DNA of 64,000 bases from an uncultured delta proteobacterium (GCA_963850305.1 CAWKKR010000006.1:32001-96000), one strand, 5' to 3'; shown: positions 31,738-43,950, counted from the stretch's first letter. Program-made: numbers and translations. Notes: generated by a model from the letters alone, not told the origin.

Positions 31738-32814
31738 ATGCAGCCCGGGCAAGGATCCAGCGTGAGCCAGTTCGCGTCCGAGGCGTATTTCCATCAACTG
31801 CTCGGAAAAGCGACGGCCGCGCACGCGCGCGATGTGCACCTGAAGGTCGGGCAGCCGCCGGGGGCTCGGGTCCGGGGTGAGCTCATTTATTTTCGGCTCG
31901 ATCCGATCCGACCGGAGGATACGGTGGCCGTGGCGCACCACGTCATCGGTGAGCCCCAGGTGCTGCGAGAGCTAGCGATGCTGCGCGAGTACGACACATC
32001 CTACGACGTGCCCGGTGTCGGGCGGTTCCGCGTCAACGTGTATCGGCAACGCGGGACGCTGGCCGTGGTGATGCGGTTCATCCCAATTGCAATTCCGACC
32101 CTGGAGGGACTCGGGGCGCCCCGGGCATGCGCGGACCTGGCGCTGAAGGACCGGGGGCTCGTGCTGTGTGTGGGAGCCGCGGGAAACGGCAAGAGCAGCA
32201 CTCTCGCCGCAATGATCGGGCACATGAACCGGAATCTTTCGCGGCACGTCGTCACGATCGAAGATCCGATCGAATTCCTGCACATCGACGACCGGTCGAG
32301 CATCAGCCAGCGTGAGATTGGCCCCGACACGAGGACATTCGCGAACGCACTCCGCGCCGCGCTCCGGCAGGATCCCGACGTGATCCAGGTCGGTGAAATT
32401 CGCGACGCCGAGACCATGGAGATCGCGCTGGAGGCCGCCGAGACGGGGCACCTGGTGCTATCCACGCTGCACACTCCGGACGTGTATCGCACGATGAACC
32501 GGATCATCTCCCTCAGCGGGGAAAGCGCCGAGGATCTCCGCGAACGTCTCGGAGACGCTCTTCAAGGCATCGTCGCCCAGCGACTGCTTCCCCGGGCGGA
32601 CGGGCAGGGGATGGTGCTTGCCGCCGAGGTCCTCATGGCAACCGGCTCCGTCCGGGAGACCATCAAGCGTCCTGCCGGAAATCCTCCGCTGAAGGAGCTC
32701 ATGGAAGGCGGCGCGCATCCGTACGGCATGCAAACCTTCGAATCCCACATCAAGGCACTCGTCCGAGACGGAGTGGTGGATCGCGAGACGGGGCGCGGCG
32801 CCATCGGGTTCTGA
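31738..32814 (+). CDS. PilT/PilU-family type IV pilus ATPase
   Basis: [11 protein letters not shown], Walker [41 protein letters not shown] and GMQTF. Confidence 0.92.
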   Translation: MQPGQGSSVSQFASEAYFHQLLGKATAAHARDVHLKVGQPPGARVRGELIYFRLDPIRPEDTVAVAHHVIGEPQVLRELAMLREYDTSYDVPGVGRFRVNVYRQRGTLAVVMRFIPIAIPTLEGLGAPRACADLALKDRGLVLCVGAAGNGKSSTLAAMIGHMNRNLSRHVVTIEDPIEFLHIDDRSSISQREIGPDTRTFANALRAALRQDPDVIQVGEIRDAETMEIALEAAETGHLVLSTLHTPDVYRTMNRIISLSGESAEDLRERLGDALQGIVAQRLLPRADGQGMVLAAEVLMATGSVRETIKRPAGNPPLKELMEGGAHPYGMQTFESHIKALVRDGVVDRETGRGAIGF

Positions 32815-32875
32815 ACGTCCGATCATGGACAATATCCAAGCCAACCTGCCGATCTGCTATGTGAGCGCGACCGTC

Positions 32876-33841
32876 ATGACCATCTCCCTTCGTCACGATT
32901 GGACCCTCGGTGAAGCCCGGGCGCTGCACGACCTTCCGCTTTTCGAGCTTGTGGATAGCGCGCGAGCCGTCCATCTCCAGCATCACCGCAGGAGCGAAAT
33001 ACAGCTCTGCACGCTTCTCAGCGTGAAGACGGGTGGATGTCCGGAGGATTGCGGCTACTGCTCGCAGTCCGCCCATCATGAGACGGGTGTCAAAGGTGAG
33101 CCGCTACTCAAGGTCGAGGCGGTGCTCGCCGCCGCGCGCCGCGCGAAGGACGCCGGCGCAACGCGGTTCTGCATGGGCGCGGCGTGGCGCGAAGTAAAAG
33201 ACGGGCCGCAATTCGAGCGGGTGCTCGAGATGGTGCGCGGCGTGAAGAGCCTCGGGCTCGAGGCGTGCGTGACGCTCGGGATGCTCAAGGGCGATCAGGC
33301 CGCGCGTCTGAAGGAGGCAGGGCTCGATGCTTATAACCATAACCTCGACACCTCACGATCGCATTATCGCACGATCGTATCCACGCGCACCTACGACGAT
33401 CGCCTGGGCACGCTGAAGAGCGTTCGCGAAGCGGGCATCACCGTCTGCTCTGGCGGGATCATCGGAATGGGCGAGAGTGTCGACGACCGGTGCGCGCTCC
33501 TCGTCGAGCTCTCCTCGCTCGTTCCACATCCGGAGAGCGTGCCCGTCAATGCTCTGGTTCCGGTCGCCGGAACCCCGCTCGCGTCGATGGACCCGGTCGA
33601 CCCGATCGATTTCGTTCGCATGATCGCCACCGCGCGGATCCTCATGCCGACGTCCCGAGTTCGTTTGAGCGCGGGGCGAACGACGCTCTCGCGCGAAGCT
33701 CAGCTTCTTTGCCTTTACGCGGGAGCAAACAGCATCTTCTACGGCGATCGCCTCCTGACCACACCGAACCCGGGTCCCGATGGGGATTCCGAGTTGCTCC
33801 GCACAGCGGGGCTCACGGCGCAGTCCAGCGCGGCGGAGTAG
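32876..33841 (+). CDS. bioB: Biotin synthase
   Basis: [15 protein letters not shown] radical-SAM motif, [23 protein letters not shown] and RLSAGR. Confidence 0.97.
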   Translation: MTISLRHDWTLGEARALHDLPLFELVDSARAVHLQHHRRSEIQLCTLLSVKTGGCPEDCGYCSQSAHHETGVKGEPLLKVEAVLAAARRAKDAGATRFCMGAAWREVKDGPQFERVLEMVRGVKSLGLEACVTLGMLKGDQAARLKEAGLDAYNHNLDTSRSHYRTIVSTRTYDDRLGTLKSVREAGITVCSGGIIGMGESVDDRCALLVELSSLVPHPESVPVNALVPVAGTPLASMDPVDPIDFVRMIATARILMPTSRVRLSAGRTTLSREAQLLCLYAGANSIFYGDRLLTTPNPGPDGDSELLRTAGLTAQSSAAE

Positions 33842-35345
33842 GCGCTCCTCTGACGTTCGCCAGCGCGAGGTCCGTCCTGTCGAGGCGCACTACGCGCACC
33901 GTTCGTACGGCCCGGTCAGCCCGAAAGATGCGAACGAGCCGCACGCGCACGACGTGGCGGTCCGGGAATTCGGCGGCCGCGTCCGCCGGGAATCGATCGT
34001 CGCTCACGAGAAGGAGGCTTCGGGCGTTGGACCAGGTCTTTTGGGGGTACCATCCCTGAAAATCATCCCCGCCGGAAGTCAGGCAACCGACGTTCGTGCC
34101 GGCGCCGAGTCCTGCGTGGAGCTGCGCGCAGACGACCCAATGCGGCCCGACAACGACGCCCGGGTCCCCCTCTCGCGCGAGTTCGTCGAGTTCTTCTCTG
34201 ACGACCGGGAGCACGCGCTTCCACACGAACAGATCGTTGACCAAATCGTACCGCGCGACGTACCGCGAGCCGGCGACCCTGGGGAACAGGTTCGTAGCCA
34301 CGACGGCCCAGCCGAGCGCGGCGGCGATTAGGCCGGTTGCCACAGCGCCTCGATGGATCCACGCGCTCGGGGCAGGGACGCGCGCGACTCCGAGCGCAAG
34401 TCCGAGATAGGCAGGCCCGAGCCAGTGCGGTTCCGCGACACGCGACCACGAACAGAGGACGACTAGCGGAACTCCTGGTACGATGGTTGCGAACGTCAGC
34501 AGTCGATTGACGGGGTCGTCGAGGCGTCTCCAGAGTTCGCGGAACACGACGTACGCTCCGGCGAGGAACGCAGGAGTGACGTACAAAAGCTGGCCACCAA
34601 CCAACCCTCCCAAGTTGCGCAGGGAAAGGCCAGCGTGAATTTGCGTGGCGACGAGGCGGTGCGTGAGCATCGGCAATCCGTGCGCCCGCTCCCACGCGAT
34701 GATGGGTGCCACGAGGATCCCCGCGACTGCGAGCCCACACCACGGCCCGATGGTGCGAAGATGCGCGCGCCCCGCCCGACTCGCGAAGACGGCGACCAGC
34801 GTCACCGTGAGAAGGAAGCCGGTGGCTTTCGCCGTCATCGCGACGCCGGCAAGCAATCCGGCGGCGACCGCACCTGCAAGGGCCGCGCGCGTTCCGGGCT
34901 CGGACCTCAGCGCGAGCGCTGCGGCACCGAGGGCGGCAAGCCAGGTTGCCGCCAGCGGGAGATCGGGAGTGAGCCCGAAGAGGCCGATGGACATCTCGGG
35001 CACGAGCGCCAGGGCAAAGAACGTTCTGAGCGCGGTGTCGCGATTGCCCGAGATGCGCGCGGCGGCGAAGCCGACCCAGGGGAGCAGCGTCGCGGCGACG
35101 GCGGTGACGCGATGCGCGTTCAGCGGAGTGGGCGCGCCGCCATCGCCGATGAGCCGCGCGATCGAGCCGATCAAACCGGGATGATCGAGATAGGCGGGTT
35201 GTGGGTGAAGAGCGTACGCGGCGTACAGCGCTTCCGCGTCCCCGAATCCGACCAATCCGGCAAGATGCCATCGGGCAAAGAACAACCCGATCGACAGAGC
35301 GAATGCATGCGATAGGTCGTGGGAATCAGTCTTCACGTGAGCCAT
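33813..35345 (-). CDS. GT-C glycosyltransferase (ArnT/PMT_2-like)
   Basis: [30 protein letters not shown] and EPHW; many TM helices. ATG at 35345 chosen. Confidence 0.8.
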   Translation of the reverse strand: MAHVKTDSHDLSHAFALSIGLFFARWHLAGLVGFGDAEALYAAYALHPQPAYLDHPGLIGSIARLIGDGGAPTPLNAHRVTAVAATLLPWVGFAAARISGNRDTALRTFFALALVPEMSIGLFGLTPDLPLAATWLAALGAAALALRSEPGTRAALAGAVAAGLLAGVAMTAKATGFLLTVTLVAVFASRAGRAHLRTIGPWCGLAVAGILVAPIIAWERAHGLPMLTHRLVATQIHAGLSLRNLGGLVGGQLLYVTPAFLAGAYVVFRELWRRLDDPVNRLLTFATIVPGVPLVVLCSWSRVAEPHWLGPAYLGLALGVARVPAPSAWIHRGAVATGLIAAALGWAVVATNLFPRVAGSRYVARYDLVNDLFVWKRVLPVVREELDELAREGDPGVVVGPHWVVCAQLHAGLGAGTNVGCLTSGGDDFQGWYPQKTWSNARSLLLVSDDRFPADAAAEFPDRHVVRVRLVRIFRADRAVRTVRVVRLDRTDLALANVRGAPTPPRWTAP

Positions 35346-36421
35346 GGTCCGAGCAGGCGCGCGACACGCTCGTGAGGGGCATCGGAGTTCGAGCCTTCTT
35401 CCAGCACGCCTCGGACCTCTGCGCAGACCGCGACGTTGGCCTCGTGATTTCTCAGGATCTGGGACGCGCCGGAAGCGACGGCTTCGGGCGTGAACGCCGC
35501 CTGAACGAGCTCCGGGAACGCACGTCGGTCGAGAACGAGGTTCGGCAACCCGATGTGCTTCACCCGGACTAGCCTGCGCGCCACTCCGTAGGTGAGGGGA
35601 TCCGTGCGATAGACGATGACCGGTGGGACGCCTGCCGCAGCACACTCGAGCGTTGCCGTCCCGCTCGCGACGAGCGCGACATGATGACCCGCCAGGGCTG
35701 CGCCGAGCTGGGCGTCGGTGAGGGCAAGTCCCCGCGCCCGAGCGGCGCACTGCATCCAGCCGGCCGTCGTCGCGTCGAGCAATCGAGCACGCACCACGGT
35801 CGACACGGCCCCGTGCGAACGGGCCAGGCGGCTCGCGACGTCGAGGAGTACGTCTAGATGCGCGCGTGCTTCGTGAGCGCGACTTCCAGGGAGAATGGCG
35901 ACGCGCAACGGCATGGTCGTGGGCGCGGGCAAGAAGGCGTGCGCCAGCGCCGGGTGGCCGACATAGTCCGCGGAGGCGCCCGCCGCGGCCCAGGCGACTC
36001 GCTCGAAAGGGAGTGTCACCGCGAGGCGTTCGCACGTCGCGCCGATGGTTCGCGCTCGCGCGGCGCGCCACGCCCAGACCTGCGGCGGCGCATACCAGAG
36101 CACCCGCGTCCCGGAGGACGAGAGCACGGCCGCGATGCGCGCGTTCACTTCCGAGAAGCCGACCAGCAGTGCGGCCGAAGGTCGTCGCTTCCGTGCGCAC
36201 GCGAGGACTCGAAGCGCGGCCGAGACGATCGCCGGCGCACGACGGATCGCAGGGGCGACGCCGATGGCGGCCACTGCGGAAAGATCGGCGACCAGCTCGG
36301 TCCCCGCGCCAGCCAGACGAGCGCCCCCCAGGCCGAAACTGGCCACGCCGAGAGACACAACGACCGGGGCGGCAAGGGAGTCACCGGACGCTTCCCCGGC
36401 GACGACGAGCAATGCCGTCAT
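35333..36421 (-). CDS. lpxB: Lipid-A-disaccharide synthase
   Basis: VAGEASGD, YAPPQVWAWR, LPFE, YVGHP, LPGSR..E, ASGTATLE and IGLPNL...PELVQ. Confidence 0.93.
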   Translation of the reverse strand: MTALLVVAGEASGDSLAAPVVVSLGVASFGLGGARLAGAGTELVADLSAVAAIGVAPAIRRAPAIVSAALRVLACARKRRPSAALLVGFSEVNARIAAVLSSSGTRVLWYAPPQVWAWRAARARTIGATCERLAVTLPFERVAWAAAGASADYVGHPALAHAFLPAPTTMPLRVAILPGSRAHEARAHLDVLLDVASRLARSHGAVSTVVRARLLDATTAGWMQCAARARGLALTDAQLGAALAGHHVALVASGTATLECAAAGVPPVIVYRTDPLTYGVARRLVRVKHIGLPNLVLDRRAFPELVQAAFTPEAVASGASQILRNHEANVAVCAEVRGVLEEGSNSDAPHERVARLLGPWLT

Positions 36422-37458
36422 GCGCAAAGCAGCGAGCGACGACGCCGGAGGGCTGCGGCGAGCACCACGAGACCGGAGACGAGACCGCGCGGGCTTCCGG
36501 GGATGCGGCGCGCCGTGAAGGAACAGCCGTGGCTGTTGGTTGGGTCGTCCCCCACGCAATAGCGGGTGAAGCCGTGCACGGGGTTCGGGGCCGTGCAGGC
36601 GGGTGCCTCACGGTCGGGTGGATACACGCTGCAGATCCCCGCGACGTCGTCGGCGGAAAGGGTCCGAAAGCTGATGTCGCCCGGCGAATAGTTTGCGAAC
36701 ATGGTCGCGGCCTTGTCCAGGGAATGAGCGAGGCCGAGAAAATGCCCCGCCTCGTGCGTCACGATCGACTGCACATCGGACTGAACGTCAGTGTTCGATG
36801 TCGTGAGTTTGTTCGCGGGGGAAAATGAGTTCAACTCGACATCCGCGTCCAGAATCTCGCCGGTCTCGACCTCGAACGTGATGGTCGTCAACGCCAGCGT
36901 CGAGCCCGGGCTCTGATAAGGCCAGCTCGAATCGCGGAACATCCAGACATTCGCGTTCGGGCCTTGCTCGTTGAACTCGGGCACTCCGCAGATCACCGGC
37001 CCGTAAGATTGGTCCATGTCCCACATCTTGAACGACGGATGGAGCCCGCCACCGCAGTCGGCTCCTGCCCATTGTTCGAAGGCGAGCGCGACGATGTGGT
37101 CGAACGTTTGATAGCTGATGTGTTGCTTGGTCGATCCATCTTGTTGTACCCCGAACGAGAGACACTCGGGGGCCCAGAAGAGCGGCTGGCCTTCCGTGGC
37201 GCAGCCGTTCGCGTCGAGGTCACAGTTGGCAAGCGGGTTCGGTGCGTTGCACGTGGTCGTTCGGCACCAAGCGTTCGCGCGGCTTGCAGCGAAGAGCGAG
37301 GCTGTCACGGCTGCGAGTACAGTCCACCTCCTCGGGCTCGGAAACGATCGCGGGTCGCGCAAAGCTGCTGCCCTATGGCGTGCCGCGCGTGAACGCGTCG
37401 AACACGAGGGTTTCGACTTCGCCAAGTGTGCGTTGATCGAGCAAGCGTACCGCGGCAT
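36418..37458 (-). CDS. Matrixin-like (M10) zinc metalloprotease with MYXO-CTERM-like anchor
   Basis: ILDADVELN, HEAGHFLGLAHS, Met-turn ATMFA and C-terminal GCS...hydrophobic...RRRR. True start is probably downstream (e.g. TTG at 37362). Confidence 0.85.
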   Translation of the reverse strand: MPRYACSINAHLAKSKPSCSTRSRAARHRAAALRDPRSFPSPRRWTVLAAVTASLFAASRANAWCRTTTCNAPNPLANCDLDANGCATEGQPLFWAPECLSFGVQQDGSTKQHISYQTFDHIVALAFEQWAGADCGGGLHPSFKMWDMDQSYGPVICGVPEFNEQGPNANVWMFRDSSWPYQSPGSTLALTTITFEVETGEILDADVELNSFSPANKLTTSNTDVQSDVQSIVTHEAGHFLGLAHSLDKAATMFANYSPGDISFRTLSADDVAGICSVYPPDREAPACTAPNPVHGFTRYCVGDDPTNSHGCSFTARRIPGSPRGLVSGLVVLAAALRRRRSLLCA

Positions 37459-37942
37459 TGGGACCGAAAACTTCCGCTGCCGCGGGGTTCGCGCGAACGC
37501 GCCGCACGCCCTTCGAGTCAGAGAAGACCGGGTAGTGCCCCTGCGACATCGCCGTCACGCAGAATACGTCCGGGTTGATGGCCTGAAGGAAAAGCACGGC
37601 CGTGGCGCCCCGCCGCAGAATCGCCTCGCCGGGAACGATCTGACCGATGTGGCCGACCACGCCGCCGAGCGAACGAACCATCAGCTCGGGTGACGCCGAC
37701 GCCCGGCCGTCGATTGAGTACTCCGTGCGGACACGGGCATACGTGACGACCCGCGAGCGTCCGCCTACGGACTCCCAAGTCGACGAAAGGTCCAGCGGTG
37801 TGGCAACGAGCGCGTGCTGACTCTGGGCGACCAGCTCGGAAAGCGTCAGGGCTCGAGCTATCATGGCCCGCGCGGGTTTGGCCAGCGCAGCCCACGACGC
37901 GGCCGCCAGGCCCCCGAACAGGAGCGCGCGTCTCGAAAGCAT
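37373..37942 (-). CDS. Secreted hypothetical protein with twin-arginine-like signal
   Basis: SRRALL signal, AxA cleavage site, LTLSELV..S and VRSLGGVVG..GQIVPGEA; lies directly upstream of the matrixin. Confidence 0.75.
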   Translation of the reverse strand: MLSRRALLFGGLAAASWAALAKPARAMIARALTLSELVAQSQHALVATPLDLSSTWESVGGRSRVVTYARVRTEYSIDGRASASPELMVRSLGGVVGHIGQIVPGEAILRRGATAVLFLQAINPDVFCVTAMSQGHYPVFSDSKGVRRVRANPAAAEVFGPNAAVRLLDQRTLGEVETLVFDAFTRGTP

Positions 37943-38047
37943 GGGGCCAGGCTAGCACACTCGGCCGACGTACCGGCGGACTCTGCCCATCGGTTGGCAG
38001 GTTCTCGGGACTTCTCCTTCCCCGCTCGGCCCGCTGCGCTATAACGC

Positions 38048-40765
38048 GTGTCCGAGGGCGCGAGCCCGTTGCTGATGGCGCATCCGGCTCCTCACCAGGC
38101 ATCCGCTGACCGCCCCTTGCTCGAGCGGTTGTCGACACAGCTGGTTCCCGAGCTGCGACGCTATTTGAGCCAGCACCGGGCGGCCGTGGAAACTGTCATC
38201 CTGGGAAAGGCGCTCGAAGGGGGCGTTCCTGCCGGCCGTAGGTATTCGAAAATTTACGACGGGCTTCTGTCGTCCCTGTTCCACGCCGCCAAAACGGCCA
38301 TGAACCGGGGAGGGCACTGGACTCCGCTTTCGCTTGCGGCCGTGGGCAGTTACGGCCGATGTGCCCTGGCGCCGCACAGCGACCTCGACGTGCGCATTCT
38401 GTGTGAGCGAGATGCTGCGTCCGCTGCCCCGGCGGCTGAAGCGCTTCTTTACCCGCTCTGGGATGCTGGTCTGAATATTGGGCACCAGGTGGTGACAGCG
38501 GAGGACGTCATCGAGCTGGCTCGGCAGGATCTGCCGACGGCCACGTCGTTGCTCGACTTTCGCGCCATCACCGGCGACACCGACCTCGGGGCAAAACTCT
38601 TGGAACGCGCCTTCCAGGGTGTCTTCGGTCCTGGCGATCTCGCCATGTTCCTCGAGCGTCTGGACCTGAGCGCGAGCGAGCGGCACGGACGCTTCGGCGG
38701 ATCGGTGTTCCTGCTCGAGCCGGACGTGAAGAACGGAGAGGGCGGTCTCCGAGACATGGACATCGCCCACTGGTCCGCCCGCGCGCGGTGGCGCGTCGCA
38801 GATCTCGCCGATCTGGTCCGCATCGGTATCTTGGTGCCGCGTGAATGGGCGGAGATGGAGGCTGCGCGAAATCTACTATTCCGCGTCCGGAACTTGTTGC
38901 ACCTGGCTGCAGGTCGTCGCGCCGATCGTCTCAGCTTCGATCAACAGGAACGGCTCGCGGAGCAACTCGGGTACGGCTCGGGGGGGCCTGCGGTCGAGCG
39001 TTTCATGAGCGACTACTACCGACACGCTCGAGCGATCGCGCGGGGTCGCGAAATGATTCTGGCGCGGGCGAAGCCGCCGCCCCGGCGGCGGCCGCGCGAG
39101 ACGCCGATCGGTCGCGGTCTGAAACTCCAGCGCGACGCGGTGTCTCTCGTGAATCCCGAGGAGCTGTATCATGAACCAGCGCTCGCCCTTCGGCTCTACG
39201 ACGAGGCTGTTCGGCGTGATCTGCCGGTCTACGACTTCGCGCGCCAGGCGGTCGCGCGCGCCGTGTCGAGCCCGGAATTCGGCGAACGGTTGAGAAAAAG
39301 CGAGGAAGCATCCGAGCTTTTCACGAGACTCGCGTGCGTCGTCCAGCAAACGAAGCTCCGCCGCGGGTCGGTCCTTCACGACCTTCACGAGGTCGGACTC
39401 CTCGTCGCGATGGTGCCCGAGTTTCTCCCTGTCGTCGGACGTGTTCATCACGATATTTATCACGTGTACACGGTCGATGTGCACTCCGTCGCGGCCGTGG
39501 ATCAGCTGCGCGCTCTGTGTCGTGGCGACCTGGCTGCGGAGCATCCGCTCGCGTGTCGTCTCGCCGCGGAGCTCCCGCGGCCCCTGGTTCTGTTCTTTGC
39601 GACGCTACTTCACGACATCGGCAAAGACCTTGGTGGCAAGCATCATCCCGAGCGCGGCGCGGAGATGTGTCGCACGATCCTGGGACGACTCGGCGTGGCC
39701 GACGCGGATATCATCGAAGTGCAACACCACGTGCTGAAGCATCTTCGCATGTATCACGTGGCGACGCGCAGGGACATCGACGATCCCCGCACGCTCGAAG
39801 AGTTCTGCGGGGAGGTCAGGGGGCCCGAAGGGCTCCGAGAGCTTTACCTCCTGACCCTCGCGGACGTGACCACGACCAGTCCTGGCTCGATGACGAGCTG
39901 GAAGCGGCGAATGCTCGACGAACTCTACGTTGCCGCGGAGCGGTACCTGGCCGGTGCAGAGACGCGCGGGCCTGGTCGCTCCGAGGGGGTCAAAGCGGAG
40001 GTCCGCGCTTTGTGGCCTGGCGACCAGGACACTGGCTTCCTCGAGCACTTCTTGGACGCTCTTCCCGAGCGTTACCTCTACGCGAACGAGCCTGGTGCGA
40101 TCGTGGCGCAAGCTCTCTTCGCGCTCGACGCACAATCGCGTCCAGCCAGTGTCTGCGTTCTGTCCACCAGCGATCCGTACGTCGAGCTCTGCGTGGTGGC
40201 CGACGACCGTCCGGGGCTGCTCGCCATGATCACTGCAACGTTCAGTCACGCGAAGCTGAAGGTTTTCAGCGCGCAGATCTACTCGTGGATCGGGCAGGAC
40301 GGCCGGAGCCGGGCGCTCGATATGTTCTGGGTGCGAAGTGGCCAGGAGGCGGACCTTGCCGTGCGGCTGGTGCCGGCCCTCGAACGGGATCTCGAGTTGC
40401 TCATAGCGGGGAAGATCGACCCCGTCGAACTCGCCACTGGCGCGCAACCCCAGGCAAAGTGGAGCATGCGGCCGACGCCGCCCGTGGCCACGAAGGTCAA
40501 CGTCGATAACCGCTCGGCCACGAACCACACAATCATCGAGGTCATCACGCGGGATCGCCGGGGACTTCTGTTCTGGCTCGCAAGCACGATTCAGCGCGCG
40601 GGGCTCTCGATTTCGTTTGCCAAAATCAACACCGAGGGCGAGCGCGTGGCGGACGTGTTTTACGTATCCGAGGAGAGTGGTGGTAAGGTTCTCGACATCG
40701 AGCGCACCGACGACCTCACGCGGCGCATTCTCTCGATGATCGCCCGTCTCGACTCCGGAGTATGA
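38048..40765 (+). CDS. glnD: [Protein-PII] uridylyltransferase/uridylyl-removing enzyme
   Basis: AVGSYGR..LAPHSDLD, LEPDVKNGEGGLRD, YHVYTVDVHS, LLHDIGK and two ACT domains (DRPGLL, DRRGLL). Confidence 0.95.
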   Translation: MSEGASPLLMAHPAPHQASADRPLLERLSTQLVPELRRYLSQHRAAVETVILGKALEGGVPAGRRYSKIYDGLLSSLFHAAKTAMNRGGHWTPLSLAAVGSYGRCALAPHSDLDVRILCERDAASAAPAAEALLYPLWDAGLNIGHQVVTAEDVIELARQDLPTATSLLDFRAITGDTDLGAKLLERAFQGVFGPGDLAMFLERLDLSASERHGRFGGSVFLLEPDVKNGEGGLRDMDIAHWSARARWRVADLADLVRIGILVPREWAEMEAARNLLFRVRNLLHLAAGRRADRLSFDQQERLAEQLGYGSGGPAVERFMSDYYRHARAIARGREMILARAKPPPRRRPRETPIGRGLKLQRDAVSLVNPEELYHEPALALRLYDEAVRRDLPVYDFARQAVARAVSSPEFGERLRKSEEASELFTRLACVVQQTKLRRGSVLHDLHEVGLLVAMVPEFLPVVGRVHHDIYHVYTVDVHSVAAVDQLRALCRGDLAAEHPLACRLAAELPRPLVLFFATLLHDIGKDLGGKHHPERGAEMCRTILGRLGVADADIIEVQHHVLKHLRMYHVATRRDIDDPRTLEEFCGEVRGPEGLRELYLLTLADVTTTSPGSMTSWKRRMLDELYVAAERYLAGAETRGPGRSEGVKAEVRALWPGDQDTGFLEHFLDALPERYLYANEPGAIVAQALFALDAQSRPASVCVLSTSDPYVELCVVADDRPGLLAMITATFSHAKLKVFSAQIYSWIGQDGRSRALDMFWVRSGQEADLAVRLVPALERDLELLIAGKIDPVELATGAQPQAKWSMRPTPPVATKVNVDNRSATNHTIIEVITRDRRGLLFWLASTIQRAGLSISFAKINTEGERVADVFYVSEESGGKVLDIERTDDLTRRILSMIARLDSGV

Positions 40766-41781
40766 AGATGACGCACCGTGTTTGGTCGCCGCGTGCCTGC
40801 GCAGTGATGGCCCTGATTCTGTCGGTTACGGCCGTAGCCTGTGGCGGCTCGACGCAACCCGCGCAGAGCTCCCCGAGCTCCAACAACCCTCCCGCCCTCG
40901 ATGACTCGCCCGCCGAGGCCACGGCGTCCGCGCCGAGCGCCGAGGTGAAGCAAGGGACGGAAGCCATCCAAGCGGGCGACTTTGCCAAGGCCAGGACGAT
41001 CCTCGAAGCGGCTGCTGCGCAGAATCCGAAAGATCCGCAGGCCGCGTTCTATCTCGGCGTGGCCATCGAGGGGCTTGGCGATGGGAAAGGGGCGGCCGAG
41101 CACTACCAGCAGGCGCTGATGCTGGACCCCAAGCTCACGGAAGCCAGCGCGAACCTTTCGGGTGTCCTGCTCGACAGCGGCGATCCTGCCGGCGCCCTCG
41201 CCGCTGCGAACGCCGGGCTCGCGAATGCGCCGAAGAGTCCATCGTTACTCCGCGATCGTGCCGTCGCGCTCGATGCGACGGACAGCAAGGCCGCGCCTGA
41301 CGCGTTCAAGGCCGCCGTCCAGGCGGCGCCGAACGACACGGAAATTCAATTCCTCTACGCCCAGACGCTGGCTCATTCGGGAGACGCACCTGGTGCCCTC
41401 GCCGTGCTGAAGCCAGTTACGAGTACCAACGATCTCGCGGTCCTAGCGTCGGCGGGACGTCTGTTCGGACAGCTCAAGGACTTCCAAGATTGCATCGCGA
41501 CCCTCGACAAGGCGATTGGTCAAAAGGACGTTGCGGAACTCCGAGTCGAGCGCGGTGTGTGCAAACACGGGAACAGGGACGAAAAAGGCGCCGACGAGGA
41601 CTTCGCGGCGGCCATCGCTTCCGACCCGAAGTATGCTCCCGCGCATTATTACCTCGGACAGTCCAAGCGCGCGTCGGGCGACAAGAGGGGAGCGAAGGCG
41701 GAGCTCGAAAAAGCAGCGGCACTCGATGCGACCGGCGGTGTCGGGGCTGCCGCCAAGAAAGCACTTGCCGAGTTGAAGTGA
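40762..41781 (+). CDS. TPR-repeat lipoprotein
   Basis: Lipobox AVAC; repeated helical TPR patterns (AAFYLG, AHYYLG, DPK). ATGA overlap with glnD. Confidence 0.85.
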   Translation: MKMTHRVWSPRACAVMALILSVTAVACGGSTQPAQSSPSSNNPPALDDSPAEATASAPSAEVKQGTEAIQAGDFAKARTILEAAAAQNPKDPQAAFYLGVAIEGLGDGKGAAEHYQQALMLDPKLTEASANLSGVLLDSGDPAGALAAANAGLANAPKSPSLLRDRAVALDATDSKAAPDAFKAAVQAAPNDTEIQFLYAQTLAHSGDAPGALAVLKPVTSTNDLAVLASAGRLFGQLKDFQDCIATLDKAIGQKDVAELRVERGVCKHGNRDEKGADEDFAAAIASDPKYAPAHYYLGQSKRASGDKRGAKAELEKAAALDATGGVGAAAKKALAELK

Positions 41782-41796
41782 TGCGCGAGAGCTCGT

Positions 41797-42677
41797 TCAG
41801 AGAAGAAGGTCGATGAGACGATCGAGTTCGTCCAAGCTCGAGTACCTGATTACGATCTCGCCCTTCCCGTCTCGATCGTGCACCTGGCACTTGGTGCCCA
41901 GGCGACGGGCGAATCGCGACTCGAGATCACGTACTGCCGGCGTCTTGCTCTTGGCCCCTGGGGTGGATGAGCTGTTACGGGCGCCCCCCTTTGCGGCGCG
42001 GACCAGTCCCTCCGTTTGCCGGACGCTCAGCCGCCCCGTTGCGACCTTGTCCGCGAGGGCTGAAAGGCTTGCTTCGTCAGGCGCGCCGAGAAGAGCACGG
42101 GCGTGCCCCTCACTGAGTTCGCCCGAGACGACCAAGCGACGAACGCGCTCCGGCAACTTGACGAGCCGGAGGGCATTGGCGATCGTCGATCGATCTTTCC
42201 CCATCCGATCTGCAAGGGACTCCTGTGTGTACCCGTGTTCGGCGACCAGCCGATGCAATGCTTCGGCGAACTCAATGGCGTTCAGATCTTCGCGCTGAAT
42301 GTTCTCGATGAGCGCCAGCTCGAAGGCATCCCTCGTCGACACATCGCGAACGACGACGAGCACCTCACGGAGTCCGGCGCGCTGCGCGGCGCGCCACCGC
42401 CGTTCCCCCGCGACGAGTTCATACGCCTCTCCCTGTTTCCGCACGACGAGGGGTTCGATGAGCCCGTGCTCGCGAATCGATTGCGCGAGTTCATCGAGGC
42501 GCTCTTTGTCGAAGTGCTGCCGAGGCTGCCCTTTCTGTGGAACGATCTTCTCGATCGGGCACTCGAATACGTTGCCGCGCCCGTAGGATTGTCCCGTGCT
42601 CGCGATCGGCTCTTTTCGCGTCGGCAAGAGCGCGTCCAGGCCGCGGCCGAGTCCGCGGGGAGGTTTACCGAGCGCGT

Positions 42678-42681
<4 letters not shown>
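41797..42681 (-). CDS. parB: Chromosome partitioning protein ParB
   Basis: GLGRGLDALL, QPRQHF, VAGERRWRA, ALIENIQREDLN and HTH region RSTIANALRL. GTG start overlaps the parA stop. Confidence 0.96.
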
Positions 42682-43439
<758 letters not shown>

Positions 43440-43680
43440 TGCTCTCCTTCGGGCCTTCCCTCGTATCGACTCGTTCTGTCGCCGCCGTCAACGTTGCGGT
43501 CCGCGAGCCGTCCCTTATCGAAATTCAGCCGCATTCGGGCGTTTTGTTGGAGGTTTCTTTGGCATATCGTACTCTGTAGTCAGATGTAGGTGTTGCTCTT
43601 ACTAAAGCCTACCTATGAACGACTGAGCTTGTCCGGCTGCGGCAGCTCCCACGACATCCGTTGCCCGAAGGAGAACCCGA

Positions 43681-43869
43681 ATGGCACTTCCGAGAGCTTA
43701 CAGCACCTTCGCCGACTTCGAGCGCGAGGAGATACGCCCCGCCATGCGAATCGGATGGTCCATGGACGAGCTTCACGCCCCGCACGAGGCGGAGCTGGAA
43801 TTCGACCTCGACCCATTCGAGACCGCGCTCCAGGCGGCTGAAGCCGCTGACGACGACTCCGATGACTGA
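43681..43869 (+). CDS. Small acidic hypothetical protein (62 aa)
   Basis: RBS AAGGAG upstream of ATG; protein-like N-half and acidic tail; terminator downstream. Confidence 0.7.
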   Translation: MALPRAYSTFADFEREEIRPAMRIGWSMDELHAPHEAELEFDLDPFETALQAAEAADDDSDD

Positions 43870-43950
43870 GCTTGATTGGCTTTGCTTGACCGGTTTTCAT
43901 CAACAGAGATGACGGAGGCCGGGGCCCCAGACCTCCCGGGGCCGACCGTC

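Noticed and set aside
4555..33841. bioA and bioB as a regulated biotin operon
   Set aside because: They are 27 kb apart, bioF/bioD are absent from the window, and no BirA-type operator was recognised.
35327..35342. parS-like CACGTG cores (here and near 19910, 50370, 54875)
   Set aside because: Flanks do not complete the parS palindrome.
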